A DNA stretch of 64,000 nt from Bryobacterales bacterium (GCA_965206775.1 CBDBKU010000002.1:2255796-2319795); one strand, 5' to 3'; counted from the first letter of the stretch, positions 9,582 to 19,650 are shown. Made by a program: numbers and translations. The notes: generated from the letters alone by a model not told the origin.

Positions 9582-11585
9582 ATGATTGGCATGCGCGGGC
9601 GCTTCAAATGGCTGCGGAACCGCGGCTACTCGCACGGTGGCATCCATGGATCGTCACGGGTATCGTACGAGCGACCGGTTGCACTCGCGATTGGCGCGTG
9701 CTGCGTGCTGCTGGCATTGCTGGGAACGTTGCAGTTCGTATGGATCGGTCGAGTTAGCGACTCGCAACGTACCGCGGAGGGAGCGTCGCTGCGCCGGGCG
9801 ACGAGACTTGTGATCATCCAGGTCCAGAAAGAACTGGAGCTCTTGCTGGCGACGTTCAAAGCGGATGCCGACTTTGAACGGTCCCGTCGCTTGGAAACCT
9901 ACAGGCAACGGCAAATCTCGTGGCACGAGGTGTCATTGCATGGGCCCGTGGTCAAGCGAATCTTCTTCTACGACATGCCGGCTCCGGGGTCCGGCGACCT
10001 TACCGAGCTAGTCACCGAGTCTGAAAGGATCAGGCCTGCCAAATGGGGCAGAAATCTTGCCCTCGTGCGCCAGCATATCCACGAGTTGGCATTCGCACCG
10101 GGTCGTCCGGTGGCCATGAGGTGGCTTGTGACATGGATGTTTCATCCCCAAGCGATGGCGATCTATCGACCGATCGTGAAGTTTGATTCGAGGTCCCGGA
10201 ACGCTTTCTACCGTGGCAGGGTGACGGGCTATCTGATCCTGCAATTGGACCGAGACTTCATCCGTGATCGCTTGATTCCTGACATGCTGAACGATCACTT
10301 CGGCAGTTGGAGCGAAAGCGCCCGATACGCTGTCACTCTCAAGCTGGACGGAAAGAGTCTCTATGTCTACGAACCTTCCGGAAATGGCTCGATTGTGCCA
10401 CCCGAAGTGGCAAGCGAGGCCAGTGGCTATTCGCTGAGTCCGTTGCAAGGCCAGGACGCGGCTGACTGGATTGAATCCCCCGATCAAAGCTCTCAAGCCA
10501 TGCTCATTTCAACCGGCGTGCCCAATCCTGTATCGCTGCGTGGCGGAATTCAACGGATTGGACTGCGGGGTCGGGCCGAGAGGTTGCGGCTAGCTGACCT
10601 GGAACTTGGTCCACTGAGCTTGACGCTGAACGCCAACTCGGATGACGCAACGCAGGGCCAGGAGCCTGCCTCGGTGCTTAGGCAGTCACTCGGACTGCCG
10701 AGGCTGTTCCTGGCAGCTGACACGCAGCACCGGCTAACCGTCGAGGTAAGGCGTCTCGGAGCCACGTTGGACGCGGTCGTGAACCGCAACTACAAGCGTT
10801 CCGTTGCAATAGGGATGGTCGTGCTTATGCTGCTCGTCGGGGCAACGGCGATTATTGCGGTTTTCGGGAGGAGCGCCGCGCGACTGGCGGAAGTGCGGAT
10901 GGAGGCTGTGGCGTCCCAGTCGCACCAATTGCGCAATCCGCTTGCAGCGATCTCCGTGCTCGCGGACAGTATGGTCCGAGGGCGACCCCAGTCCGGCGAG
11001 AAGGTAGTCGAGTACGGAGGAATGATTCGCGACTACGCAAAGCGCCTGAATGAAACCGTTGATCGTGCGATGCGCGTGGCCGCCATGGAATCGTTTGAAA
11101 CGCGCTACAACCTCACCATGCTCGATGTCTCCAAGGTTGCGGAAGATGCCTTGGAAGAAGCGCGGCCGCTCATCGAAAGTGCCGGATTCGCGGAGGAACA
11201 CACCCTTGCCGAAGGGCTGCCGATGGTGCGGGCGAACGCAGAGGCCCTTCGGCACAGCTTGGGCGACCTGCTGAGCAACGCAGTGAAGTACGGCCAGCCT
11301 GGCCGCTGGCTCAAGCTTGCGACCGCCGATGCTGCCGTGGGTCGCCGGCGAGAGGTGCTGATCCGCGTCCATGATCGAGGTCGGGGCATTGCTGCGCACG
11401 AGATGCGCAAGATCTTCGAGCCTTACTATCGAGGCGCTGGTGTCGCTAGTTCTTCGATTCCCGGTTCTGGCCTGGGCCTGACTCTGGTGCGCGGTACAGT
11501 CCAGCGCATGGGAGGCAAGCTGACGGTGGACAGCGAGGAGGGCCGGGGAACAGTGTTCACGATGCATTTCCCTGTGCGCGTTTGA
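9582..11585 (+). CDS. Sensor histidine kinase
   Basis: 667-aa ORF with an N-terminal TM segment (VALAIGACCVLLALLGTLQFVWI) and a second TM (VAIGMVVLMLLVGATAIIAV). The H-box is SHQLRNPLAAISVLADS. The HATPase_c part contains LLSNAVKYG and GSGLGLTLVRGTVQRMGGKLTVDSEEGRGTVFTMHFP. Confidence 0.85.
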   Translation: MIGMRGRFKWLRNRGYSHGGIHGSSRVSYERPVALAIGACCVLLALLGTLQFVWIGRVSDSQRTAEGASLRRATRLVIIQVQKELELLLATFKADADFERSRRLETYRQRQISWHEVSLHGPVVKRIFFYDMPAPGSGDLTELVTESERIRPAKWGRNLALVRQHIHELAFAPGRPVAMRWLVTWMFHPQAMAIYRPIVKFDSRSRNAFYRGRVTGYLILQLDRDFIRDRLIPDMLNDHFGSWSESARYAVTLKLDGKSLYVYEPSGNGSIVPPEVASEASGYSLSPLQGQDAADWIESPDQSSQAMLISTGVPNPVSLRGGIQRIGLRGRAERLRLADLELGPLSLTLNANSDDATQGQEPASVLRQSLGLPRLFLAADTQHRLTVEVRRLGATLDAVVNRNYKRSVAIGMVVLMLLVGATAIIAVFGRSAARLAEVRMEAVASQSHQLRNPLAAISVLADSMVRGRPQSGEKVVEYGGMIRDYAKRLNETVDRAMRVAAMESFETRYNLTMLDVSKVAEDALEEARPLIESAGFAEEHTLAEGLPMVRANAEALRHSLGDLLSNAVKYGQPGRWLKLATADAAVGRRREVLIRVHDRGRGIAAHEMRKIFEPYYRGAGVASSSIPGSGLGLTLVRGTVQRMGGKLTVDSEEGRGTVFTMHFPVRV

Positions 11586-11894
11586 GGAATTAGCCAATCA
11601 CCGGTTTCGATTCCGGAATCTCGGGTTGCATGCAATGCCGACCGGCTAGCAGTTTCTAGCCAACTCAGTTTCTAGTTCATCTTCGACATCGGGATTCTAG
11701 AAGTGCTTATGAAAGAATAGGTTGCGAGCGCGGAGCAAGCGTTTGGCACAACACTGCCTGGGTTTGCGGGCAGTGGGCGATCGCAGTTGCTGAGGCTTTC
11801 AGGAGGCTTGGCCCTCCGGGGGATCGGCAACCGCCCCTTGTTCGATGTTCGATAAAGGCCTCTCCGGGTGCGCCTTCGAGCGAGAGAAGAAGCG

Positions 11895-12251
11895 TCAGGA
11901 TTCTTGCGCCAGCAACTCCACTAGGTCCGACAGGCCGCCGAACATGGGAATAGGATTTGCCGCGTTGACTGTCCCATCGGGCAGCGGAACCTGCGTCTCC
12001 TCGTCGATCGCGAACCCCCACTTCTGCAACCAATCGCATATTTCGTCGTCGCTGAGAATCTTGTAGCCATTCCCCGGATTGGGAACCATCGGGTCCACGG
12101 ACACCGCCACGCATCGAGCGGAGTTCCCGCTCCTGACGAACGCAAGATCGACGCGGGCGACTACTCCTTGGGCCAGATACTCTCGACGACGCACGGATAC
12201 TCTCAAGACCTTGAACATGGCTTTCAATGCCTTGGTAGAGGAAGGATTCAT
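11895..12251 (-). CDS. Hypothetical protein
   Basis: Internal ATG of track ORF 11895-12410. MNPSSTKALKAMFKVLRVSVRRREYLAQGVVARVDLAFVR...KILSDDEICDWLQKWGFAIDEETQVPLPDG has protein-like composition. No family was recognised. Confidence 0.4.
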   Translation of the reverse strand: MNPSSTKALKAMFKVLRVSVRRREYLAQGVVARVDLAFVRSGNSARCVAVSVDPMVPNPGNGYKILSDDEICDWLQKWGFAIDEETQVPLPDGTVNAANPIPMFGGLSDLVELLAQES

Positions 12252-12530
12252 GGTGACGGTTCCTGTGCCTGCCCTCGGATTCGAGCAAATCCGGCAGAGT
12301 TTACACACTGCCAGCGCTCGAAGCAAGCGGCCTCCACCTGTGTCCGACGATCCACGATTTGGGCCCGGATCCCGGAATTGTTCAGAGCGAGGAAGCCCGC
12401 AGAGCAGCATCCGGGGGACAGGACTGGCCTAACGTACCCCGGGATCCATCGGCACTCCCGAATAGACCGGAGCTGCCGGCAGAACGCTGGCGGTTTCTGC
12501 CTCGTAGTGACATGCGATACACTTATTCCA

Positions 12531-12812
12531 GTGGCGATACGGAATGTCCGGCACAGCGGTTTGCGCCGGCTTTTCGAGCGCGGCGACGGGAGCAAGCTGC
12601 ATCCGGCACACGTGAACCGAATCCGGAATATTCTGCTGGCCCTGGACGGTGCAGACGCTCTGAGCGAACTGTCCGAACCCTTCTACCGGCTCCATCCGCT
12701 GAAGGGGGATCGCAAGGGGCAGTGGGCCGTGACGGTGTCGCGCATGTGGCGGATCGTGTTCCGCGTCGAAGGCGACGACGTGCTGGACGTTGACCTGGCG
12801 GACTACCACTAG
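12531..12812 (+). CDS. higB: HigB-type (RelE/ParE superfamily) toxin
   Basis: VAIRNVRHSGLRRLFERGDGSKLHPAHVNRIRNILLALDGA...LHPLKGDRKGQWAVTVSRMWRIVFRVEGDDVLDVDLADYH is the classic plasmid-maintenance killer HigB pattern. A GTG start at 12531 is proposed inside track ORF 12168-12812. Confidence 0.8.
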   Translation: MAIRNVRHSGLRRLFERGDGSKLHPAHVNRIRNILLALDGADALSELSEPFYRLHPLKGDRKGQWAVTVSRMWRIVFRVEGDDVLDVDLADYH

Positions 12813-12821
12813 GAGGGCATC

Positions 12822-13184
12822 ATGAGCGAGAGCAAGGGCGGCGTAGCGTACGACGCCTGGCTGCGGCGGCACCCGTCGCATCCGGGACGTCACATCTACC
12901 ACGGCTGCATGGAGGACCCGCTGGGAGAATGCAGCCTGACGGTCAGCGAGGCGGCGCACAGGATTGGCGTTTCGCGTGTCACGCTATCGCGCGTGCTCAA
13001 CGGGCGGGCGGGCATCTCAGTGTCGCTGGCCCTGAAGCTGGAAGCCGCAGGCTGGGGCACGGCCGATGCCTGGCTGCGGCGGCAAGCCCAGTACGACCTG
13101 GCGCGGGAGCGGAACCGCCTCAGGCAATGGCCCGGCGGGGCGAGCGACCCGGAGGATGCCAGGATCGCGGCCGAGGCCGCCTGA
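12822..13184 (+). CDS. higA: HigA-type HTH antitoxin
   Basis: HPGRHIYHGCMEDPLGECSLTVSEAAHRIGVSRVTLSRVLNGRAGISVSLALKLEAAGWGTADAWLRRQAQYDL is a HigA/XRE HTH. It starts 10 nt after higB. Confidence 0.85.
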   Translation: MSESKGGVAYDAWLRRHPSHPGRHIYHGCMEDPLGECSLTVSEAAHRIGVSRVTLSRVLNGRAGISVSLALKLEAAGWGTADAWLRRQAQYDLARERNRLRQWPGGASDPEDARIAAEAA

Positions 13185-13218
13185 GGGAATTCCACACTTC
13201 GCTTCCGAGGAGACCGAC

Positions 13219-14113
13219 ATGGCGATTCCGGACGCACAGTCCATCATGCTTCCCCTGCTTGAGCTGGCGGTGGACAACACTATCCATCGGCTTTGCGATG
13301 CGGTCGATCTTCTGGCCGACCGCCTTCGTCTCACGGACGACGAGAGGCGCGATCGCACCTCCGATGGTCAGTCTCCGCGGTTTTAGCACCGTGTCTCTCT
13401 TGCGCGCGAGTACCTAACGAAAGCCGGCCTGGTGGAGAACCCCGGGCGCGGGCAGTTCCGCATCACGGAGCCAGGCCGGCGCGTTCTCGGGAGCCGGCCC
13501 CCGCAAGTCGACCTCAGGTTGCTTCGGCAGCTCGCGGAGTCGAACGGCCCCGCCGCTGACGGGGGGGCGCCGCCGCCTGGCGAGGAGCCGCCGAACACGG
13601 CCTTCACGCCTGAGGAGGCCTGCAGGACGCCTACGAGACCTTGCGGAACAGTCTTGCCGAGGAGCTTCTTGGCCAGGTCCTGCAGTCGTCTCCCGCGTTC
13701 TTCGAGCTCCTGGTTGTGGATGTGCTGGTGCGCATGGGGTACGGCGGTTCGAGGAAAGACGCCGGAGAGGCCATCGGGCAGGCCGGGGACGAGGGCATCG
13801 ACGGGATTATCAAGGAAGATCGCCTCGGGCTGGACATCATCTATATCCAGGCCAAGCGGTGGGCGAGCACGGTGGGCCGGAGGTCCAGAAATTCGTCGGG
13901 GCCCTGCATGGAAAGCGCACGCGGAAGGGCGTCTTCATCACGACGTCCTCGTTCACCTCGGCGGCCGCGGAGCTCGCCGGCAGTATCGAGGCCAAGGTGA
14001 TTCTGATCGACGGAAAGCAGCTCGCGGAGCTCATGATCGACCATGGCGTCGGGGTGAGGACCGATGCCACCTACGAGTTGAAGCGCATTGATGCGGACTA
14101 CTTCCCCGAATGA
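13219..14113 (+). pseudogene. mrr: Mrr-type restriction endonuclease with at least 3 frameshifts
   Basis: The Mrr_N part is MAIPDAQSIMLPLLELAVDNTIHRLCDAVDLLADRLRLTDDERRDRTSDGQSPRF (frame of 13066-13386). GRGQFRITEPGRRVLGSRP follows in the 13432 frame. The Mrr_cat part AFFELLVVDVLVRMGYGGSRKDAGEAIGQAGDEGIDGIIKEDRLGLDIIYIQAKRW is in the 13641 frame. PEVQKFVGALHGKRTRKGVFITTSSFTSAAAELAGSIEAKVILIDGKQLAELMIDHGVGV is in the 13859 frame. Confidence 0.8.
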
Positions 14114-14289
14114 GAGGCGTTCCCGGGCGGCGGTGTCGTGCCGATCGGGACGGCCAAGCACGCGAAACCATAGCGGAGGCTCCCACCAGAGCCCCTCGTA
14201 TTGAGCCGGAAACGGCCCGTCATTGCGTCCGCAGGCCATCCATGTCCACCCCCTTGGTGAGATACTGCGGTTAGCCGGCTCCCGAGGCA

Positions 14290-14915
14290 AACGCTTGCAA
14301 TCGCTGTTCCGCCTGCTCTTGCGGCAGAGCGGGAGCCAACTGGAGCTGAATCGGTTGGCGACGCTCTGCGAATTGAGTCGGCCAGCCGTCAGGTCGCATG
14401 TCGAGGCCACGGAGATTACGTATGGGCAGCTTCTGGTCCGGCCCTTCCACGGCGTAGGGAAGCGGGACATCGTCGAGCGACCCAAGTGCTACGCCATCGA
14501 TACCGGATTCGCCTGCTTCGAGAATGGCTGGACAAGTCTTCGACCGGACGACCGAGGCGTGCCTTGGGGGCACTTGGTCCTGGACACCTTGCGAGGGCTG
14601 TTAAGCGACACGAGCCTGTTCTACTCGCAGGACAAGTCGCGTCCGGAAGCGGATTTCGTGATCCACAGGGACCGGTAACGCGTGGACAGCGTCGAGTGCA
14701 AAATCAATCCGGATCAGGTCAACGCATCGGCGATCGTGGCATTTCGGGGTCTGTATCCGCAAGTACGCAACCTTTTCCTGGCCCCGAACGTCAAGACACA
14801 CTGCAGGAGCCGTTTCTAGGGCCACGCCTCCACAGTCTGCGACACACGGGACTTGTCGAACCCGCTGGAGGCCTCGAAACTCGCGGATGCACCTACCGAT
14901 GCTCTTAGAATCAAT
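14290..14915 (+). pseudogene. 3' fragment of a DUF4143-type ATPase gene (paralog of 23602-24786)
   Basis: LFRLLLRQSGSQLELNRLATLCELSRPAVRSHVEA...RPKCYAIDTGFACFENGWTSLRPDDRGVPWGHLVLDTLRGLL is collinear with the C-terminal half of the 23602 gene at the nucleotide level. There is a frameshift near 14680, and the Walker A half is absent. Confidence 0.7.
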
Positions 14916-15239
14916 AGGGAAACTAGCGGCTCGCGAGCAAAATCAGGTAGACTCGCCAAGGTCGTTGGAGTCAGAGCGTAGGATGGGGAAAGTGCGGAAC
15001 CGGCTCTTCTCGCTGCTCGGTTGGCTTCTAGCCGCGTCCCTGGGTCTTTCCGTTAGGGACAGTTCCATCTCGGCGACCTCCAAGAGGAAACAGCGGAAGA
15101 AGCTCGACAGATTGCGGAACTGGAACGGGACCGCGAGCTTCAGAGCATTCTGGACGCGCGGCGCGAGAGCGCGCACGCGCGCCTGGAAAGCGCCGCCAGC
15201 ACGATTCAGGCTCAGGCGCTGTGCCCGGCTTTCGTCGGC

Positions 15240-18209
15240 TTGAGTCCGGAGCCGCGCTCGTTTCGCAAGAGAATCTCGAGCCCGTTTGTCGCTCGTTCCG
15301 CGCCGCGGCCGGTTCGTCTGCCCTGGAGAGGCGTTGCACCGGAGGGCGAGTCGCCGAGCGGGCTGTTCAACGACTACATCTCCACCCCTGTCGTGCAGTC
15401 CAGGTGCATCTACTGCCATGTCGAGGGAGGCGCGTCTGGGCACACCCGCCTCGTGCTCACCCCTTCCGACGTGGACGGTCACGAGGCTACGAACCTGGCG
15501 GTGTTCGAGAACTTCCTCACGGACGTCGAGGACGGAGCCGACCTGATCCTCAACAAGATCCAGGGCGCCGAAAGCCATGGCGGGGGCGTCCAGGTGGTGG
15601 CCGGATCGACCGACTTCGCCAACATGGAGCGGTTCCTGAGATCTCTCGGAGGCGAGACCACCTCGGGGGCTTTGTCCCCCGAAACGCTGTTCGACGGCGT
15701 CACCATGGCTTCGCCGGGCAGGACCCTGCGTCGGGCGGCGATGCTGTTTGCGGGCAGGCTCCCCACTCAAGCCGAGCTCAGTTCGGTTAGCGACGGTGAG
15801 GAATCCAGCCTGCGCCAGGCGATCAGGGGCTTGATGACAGGCCAGGGATTCCACGATTTCCTGATCCGGACGGCCAATGACCGGTTGCTGACGGACCGGG
15901 ACCGGTCAAACGTAGTCGGCGTTGCCGAAGTGAGATTCGTCGATCTGACGAACAAGCGCTGGGAATTGGCTCAGGAGGGCGTTCAGAACGGGTACGCAGA
16001 GTACCCGCGCCGATATCCGGCCTATCGGAAGCACGAGCGAGCCGTGCAGTACGGCATTGCCCGCGCTCCGCTAGAACTTATCGCGCATGTCGTCGAGAGC
16101 GACTTGCCGTACACGGAAATTCTGACGGCGGACTACATCATGGCCAATCCGATGGCCGCGAATGCGTACGGCGCGGAGACGGAGTTCGACGATCCCAACG
16201 ATGTGACAGAATTCAAGCCTTCGGAGATCGCGAGGTACTTCCGAAGGGACCCATCGATGATCGTGGAGGAGGATCCCCCGAACATCTGGAGGGTCGTCAA
16301 TGAAGGCAATCTCTCCACCGACTACCCTCACGCCGGAGTCCTCAGCTCGACCGTCTTCTTGCGCCGCTATCCGACGACTGCGACGAATCGCAATCGGGCT
16401 CGGTCGCGCTGGACCTACTACCACTTCCTGGGTTTCGACATCGAGAAGTCCGCGGCGCGAACGGCGGACCCGGACGCTCTGACCGATACCAACAACCCCA
16501 CGATGAACAACCCGGCCTGCACGGTCTGCCACATCCCGATGGATCCGGTTGCAGGCACCTACCAGAACTACGGGAACATGGGGCTCTTCCGCGACAAGAA
16601 TCGCGGCCGGGACTCTCTGCCGGGACTGTATAGGTCTCCTAGGGACGGAACCGTCTCGCCCTACCAGCAAGGCGACACTTGGTTCCGCGATATGCGCGAC
16701 CCGGGCTTCGGCGACTCCAATGCGCCCAGCGCGGACAATAGTCTGCAATGGCTGGCCGAGCAGTTCGTTGCGGACGATAGGTTCGCGACGGCGGCCGTCA
16801 GGTTCTGGTGGCCGGCGATCATGGGCGTGGAACTCACCGATCCTCCCTCCGACAGCTCCGATGCGGATTTCGACGAGTTGCTCGTGGCGTCGGCTTCGCA
16901 GGCCTTGGAGGTCGAAGCGCTTGCGGAGGCTTTCCGAGAAGGATTCGACGGCGGCGATCCGTACAATGCCAAGGATCTGCTGACCGAGATCGCGCTCTCG
17001 CCTTGGTTCCGGGCCGAGTCGGTCACGGTCGACGACGAGACTCGCTTGGCCGCGCTCCGCGACGCAGGCGTCGCGCGACTGCTGACTCCCGAAGAAGTCG
17101 TTTCGAAGACCGACGCTATCACCGGATATGTCTGGGGCAGGCGGTTCCAGCAGCCCTTCGAGCGCGGCGAGCCGAGGAGCAGGCTGCACGATCCCCAGGG
17201 ATTTAGCGGCTACCAGCTTCTCTATGGGGGCATTGACTCGGACGGCATCATCGAGCGCACCGGCGAGATGACGCCATTGATGGCCGCGGTTGCCCAGAGC
17301 CACGCCGCAGAGGTGAGCTGCCCCATCGTGCGGCGCGAATTCTACTACTGGCCCGATGAAAGCCGCCTGCTCTTCGACGGAATCACCAAGTTCGACTCGC
17401 CGTTTTCCGAGACGAGCGGCGCGTTCGACGTCATCGGCGAGTTGTGGGAGACACGGCAGACGTTCACCTTGCAGGTTCCGCTGAACGTGGGGTCAAAGAC
17501 CGTTCGCATGGCATTCACGAATAACACTACGAGCGGGCAGGTGGACAGTGACGGAAACCCGCTCGACCGCAACTTGAAACTGGATAGCCTGGTGGTCCGT
17601 GACAGTAGCGGCTCGAACGTATACTCGCTCGAGCTCGAGACTCTCGGCAGGCAGGGCTGCGGCCTGCCGCAAGAGCGGTTCTACTGGATGAGAGGCAACT
17701 GCTCGGTGACAGTCCCGATTGAGATTGCTTCCGCAGGTGACTACAGCGTGGAAGTCGTTGCGTATCAGGACCGGGCCGGCGACGAACCCGCCCGCTTGGC
17801 GGTCAGCGTGGAAGCGGAGGACGGCAGCTCGCAAGGCGAGATCGCGATTCGCCGCAAGCTGGCCGACTTGCACCAGAAGCTCTTCGGCGTGGCTGTGGCT
17901 GTGGATTCTCCAGATGTCAACGAGGCCTACGACCTGTTCCTCGAAGTCTGGAACCGCAAGCGCACTTCGGAAGGCCGCACCTTCGGCAATTCACAGTTCA
18001 GTTGTACTGACTCCGGCGACCATCTCTACTTCGACGGCCTTGTGGCCGACGGCATGCAGTATGGCGACGCCGGCGGCTCCAGATTGAACCTCGCGTCCGT
18101 ACGCACCTTCAGTCAAAGCATTGAGACCACCGATCCGCACCACGCTGTCCGGACGTGGGTTGTCACCCTTGCCTACCTTCTGACCGACTATCGGTACCTG
18201 TATTTCTAA
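15240..18209 (+). CDS. DUF1588/DUF1585-like protein with two CxxCH haem-binding motifs (Planctomycete-type cytochrome-domain family)
   Basis: 989-aa ORF starting at TTG. The motifs are CIYCH near the N-terminus, LELIAHVVESDLPYTEILTADYIMANPMAANAYG (DUF1588-like), and NPACTVCHIPMDPVAGTYQNYG (DUF1585-like CxxCH...DP). Coding signal continues upstream to the stop at 15054. A signal peptide lies in another frame from 14983 (see findings). Confidence 0.7.
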   Translation: MSPEPRSFRKRISSPFVARSAPRPVRLPWRGVAPEGESPSGLFNDYISTPVVQSRCIYCHVEGGASGHTRLVLTPSDVDGHEATNLAVFENFLTDVEDGADLILNKIQGAESHGGGVQVVAGSTDFANMERFLRSLGGETTSGALSPETLFDGVTMASPGRTLRRAAMLFAGRLPTQAELSSVSDGEESSLRQAIRGLMTGQGFHDFLIRTANDRLLTDRDRSNVVGVAEVRFVDLTNKRWELAQEGVQNGYAEYPRRYPAYRKHERAVQYGIARAPLELIAHVVESDLPYTEILTADYIMANPMAANAYGAETEFDDPNDVTEFKPSEIARYFRRDPSMIVEEDPPNIWRVVNEGNLSTDYPHAGVLSSTVFLRRYPTTATNRNRARSRWTYYHFLGFDIEKSAARTADPDALTDTNNPTMNNPACTVCHIPMDPVAGTYQNYGNMGLFRDKNRGRDSLPGLYRSPRDGTVSPYQQGDTWFRDMRDPGFGDSNAPSADNSLQWLAEQFVADDRFATAAVRFWWPAIMGVELTDPPSDSSDADFDELLVASASQALEVEALAEAFREGFDGGDPYNAKDLLTEIALSPWFRAESVTVDDETRLAALRDAGVARLLTPEEVVSKTDAITGYVWGRRFQQPFERGEPRSRLHDPQGFSGYQLLYGGIDSDGIIERTGEMTPLMAAVAQSHAAEVSCPIVRREFYYWPDESRLLFDGITKFDSPFSETSGAFDVIGELWETRQTFTLQVPLNVGSKTVRMAFTNNTTSGQVDSDGNPLDRNLKLDSLVVRDSSGSNVYSLELETLGRQGCGLPQERFYWMRGNCSVTVPIEIASAGDYSVEVVAYQDRAGDEPARLAVSVEAEDGSSQGEIAIRRKLADLHQKLFGVAVAVDSPDVNEAYDLFLEVWNRKRTSEGRTFGNSQFSCTDSGDHLYFDGLVADGMQYGDAGGSRLNLASVRTFSQSIETTDPHHAVRTWVVTLAYLLTDYRYLYF

Positions 18210-18219
18210 GGAGGATGCG

Positions 18220-19506
18220 ATGAATCGTCGTAGCTTCATGATCAGCGTGCTGGGCCTCGGCGCGGCCTCGGGGTTTCGCGTTCCCTTGGCGAACGCCGCC
18301 GACTACACCGGCAAGCTGTTCGTGTTCGTTCAGGCCGCCGGCGGTTGGGATCCCACGAGCTTCTGCGACCCCAAGACGAACGTCACGGGCGAGCCTACCA
18401 TCAACACCTGGGCGACAAACGGCGAGGCCCAGCAGGCGGGCAATATCCACTACGCCCCGTTCGCGAATAACAAGGCGTTCTTCGACAAGTACTACCAGCG
18501 CATCCTCGTGGTGAACGGAGTCGATGCCCAGACAAATTCGCACTCGGCGGGTATCGTCCATAACTGGAGCGGTCGGATTTCGGAAGGCTACCCGACGATG
18601 ACGGCGCTGCTCGCCGCCCACAACGGCGCCGGCCTCTCGATGCCGTACCTGAGTTTCGGAGGGTTTTCCAACACCGCTGGGGTCGCTGTGTTCACGCGGC
18701 TGAACAACCCGACCGAGGTCCGGAACATCGCCAAGCCCGAACTGGTCGGCGGGGATCCGGCCAAGAGGCCGTTCTTCAAGTCGGAAGACTGGGAATCGAT
18801 CACCGGAAGTCGCGACACGCGCATAGCGCGACTAGCGGCGGCACCGAATCTCATGCCGCGAGATGCCCGCAACCGGGAACTTTACGCTGCGGCCTTGGAG
18901 CAGGACGCGGCTGAGGGACTCCGGTCATTCGCCGACACGATTCCCGCCACCAGTGAATTGCAGCCGATCGAGGAATTCAATTTGTTCCGCAGCAATCTCA
19001 AGCGGCAGGTGCAGCTGACAGTGCTGGCATTCAAGGCGGGTGTCGCGGTCAGCGCGGACTTGCGCCTGGGCGGCTTCGACACCCACGACTATCACGACAG
19101 GGACGCGGGCTGGCTGCTAGGAAACCTGACAGCTTCAGTCGACTACCTCTGGGACTACGCCGAACTCCAGGGACTGGCGGACCGCTTGGTGGTCGTGATG
19201 GGGTCGGACTTCGGGCGCACCAACAAGTACAACGCCGAAATGGGGAAGGACCACTGGCCGATTGGCAGCTTTATCGTGATGGAGAAGAACCAGAGCTGGA
19301 CCAACCGGGTGGTCGGGGAGACGAATGAACTGCACTTTGCGCGCAAGGTCAATTCGTCGACCCTGGCGCGGGACGACACGGCGGGGACTTTGATTCACCC
19401 CAAACACATCCACAAGGCGCTGCGCAAGTACCTCGGGGTGTCGGATACCGAGGACAGCCAGCGTTTTCCGTTCAACAACACGGTGGAATTGCCGATCTTC
19501 TCCTGA
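18220..19506 (+). CDS. DUF1501 family protein (Tat-signal, sulfatase-like fold family)
   Basis: 428-aa ORF. It has an N-terminal MNRRSFMISVLGLGAASG (twin-Arg-like), plus LRLGGFDTHDYHD, VVVMGSDFGRTNKYN and GKDHWP, which match the DUF1501 hallmarks (GG.DTH, EFGRT, GRDHW). It starts 11 nt after the upstream gene. Confidence 0.75.
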   Translation: MNRRSFMISVLGLGAASGFRVPLANAADYTGKLFVFVQAAGGWDPTSFCDPKTNVTGEPTINTWATNGEAQQAGNIHYAPFANNKAFFDKYYQRILVVNGVDAQTNSHSAGIVHNWSGRISEGYPTMTALLAAHNGAGLSMPYLSFGGFSNTAGVAVFTRLNNPTEVRNIAKPELVGGDPAKRPFFKSEDWESITGSRDTRIARLAAAPNLMPRDARNRELYAAALEQDAAEGLRSFADTIPATSELQPIEEFNLFRSNLKRQVQLTVLAFKAGVAVSADLRLGGFDTHDYHDRDAGWLLGNLTASVDYLWDYAELQGLADRLVVVMGSDFGRTNKYNAEMGKDHWPIGSFIVMEKNQSWTNRVVGETNELHFARKVNSSTLARDDTAGTLIHPKHIHKALRKYLGVSDTEDSQRFPFNNTVELPIFS

Positions 19507-19650
19507 GCACCGCGAATCGCGCGAGACTCGACGCTCCCTCGCCAAGCATTGCCTGGTGCAGGGTATAGTCTCCTTCCCAGCTCGTCCAATCCGCCGCCTG
19601 GGCCCTCGCAATACAGGAGAGAGTCTGCGCGGGATGCTATCGGCGCCCGC

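Noticed and set aside
13841-14485. 214-aa minus-strand ORF spanning the Mrr/ATPase-fragment junction
   Set aside because: It runs antisense across two unrelated pseudogenes and an intergenic gap, and it has no motifs.
14943-17303. 303-aa (14943-15854) and 410-aa (16071-17303) minus-strand ORFs
   Set aside because: They are antisense to the DUF1588-like gene. They are rich in Arg, Gly, Pro and Val, with no domain signatures.
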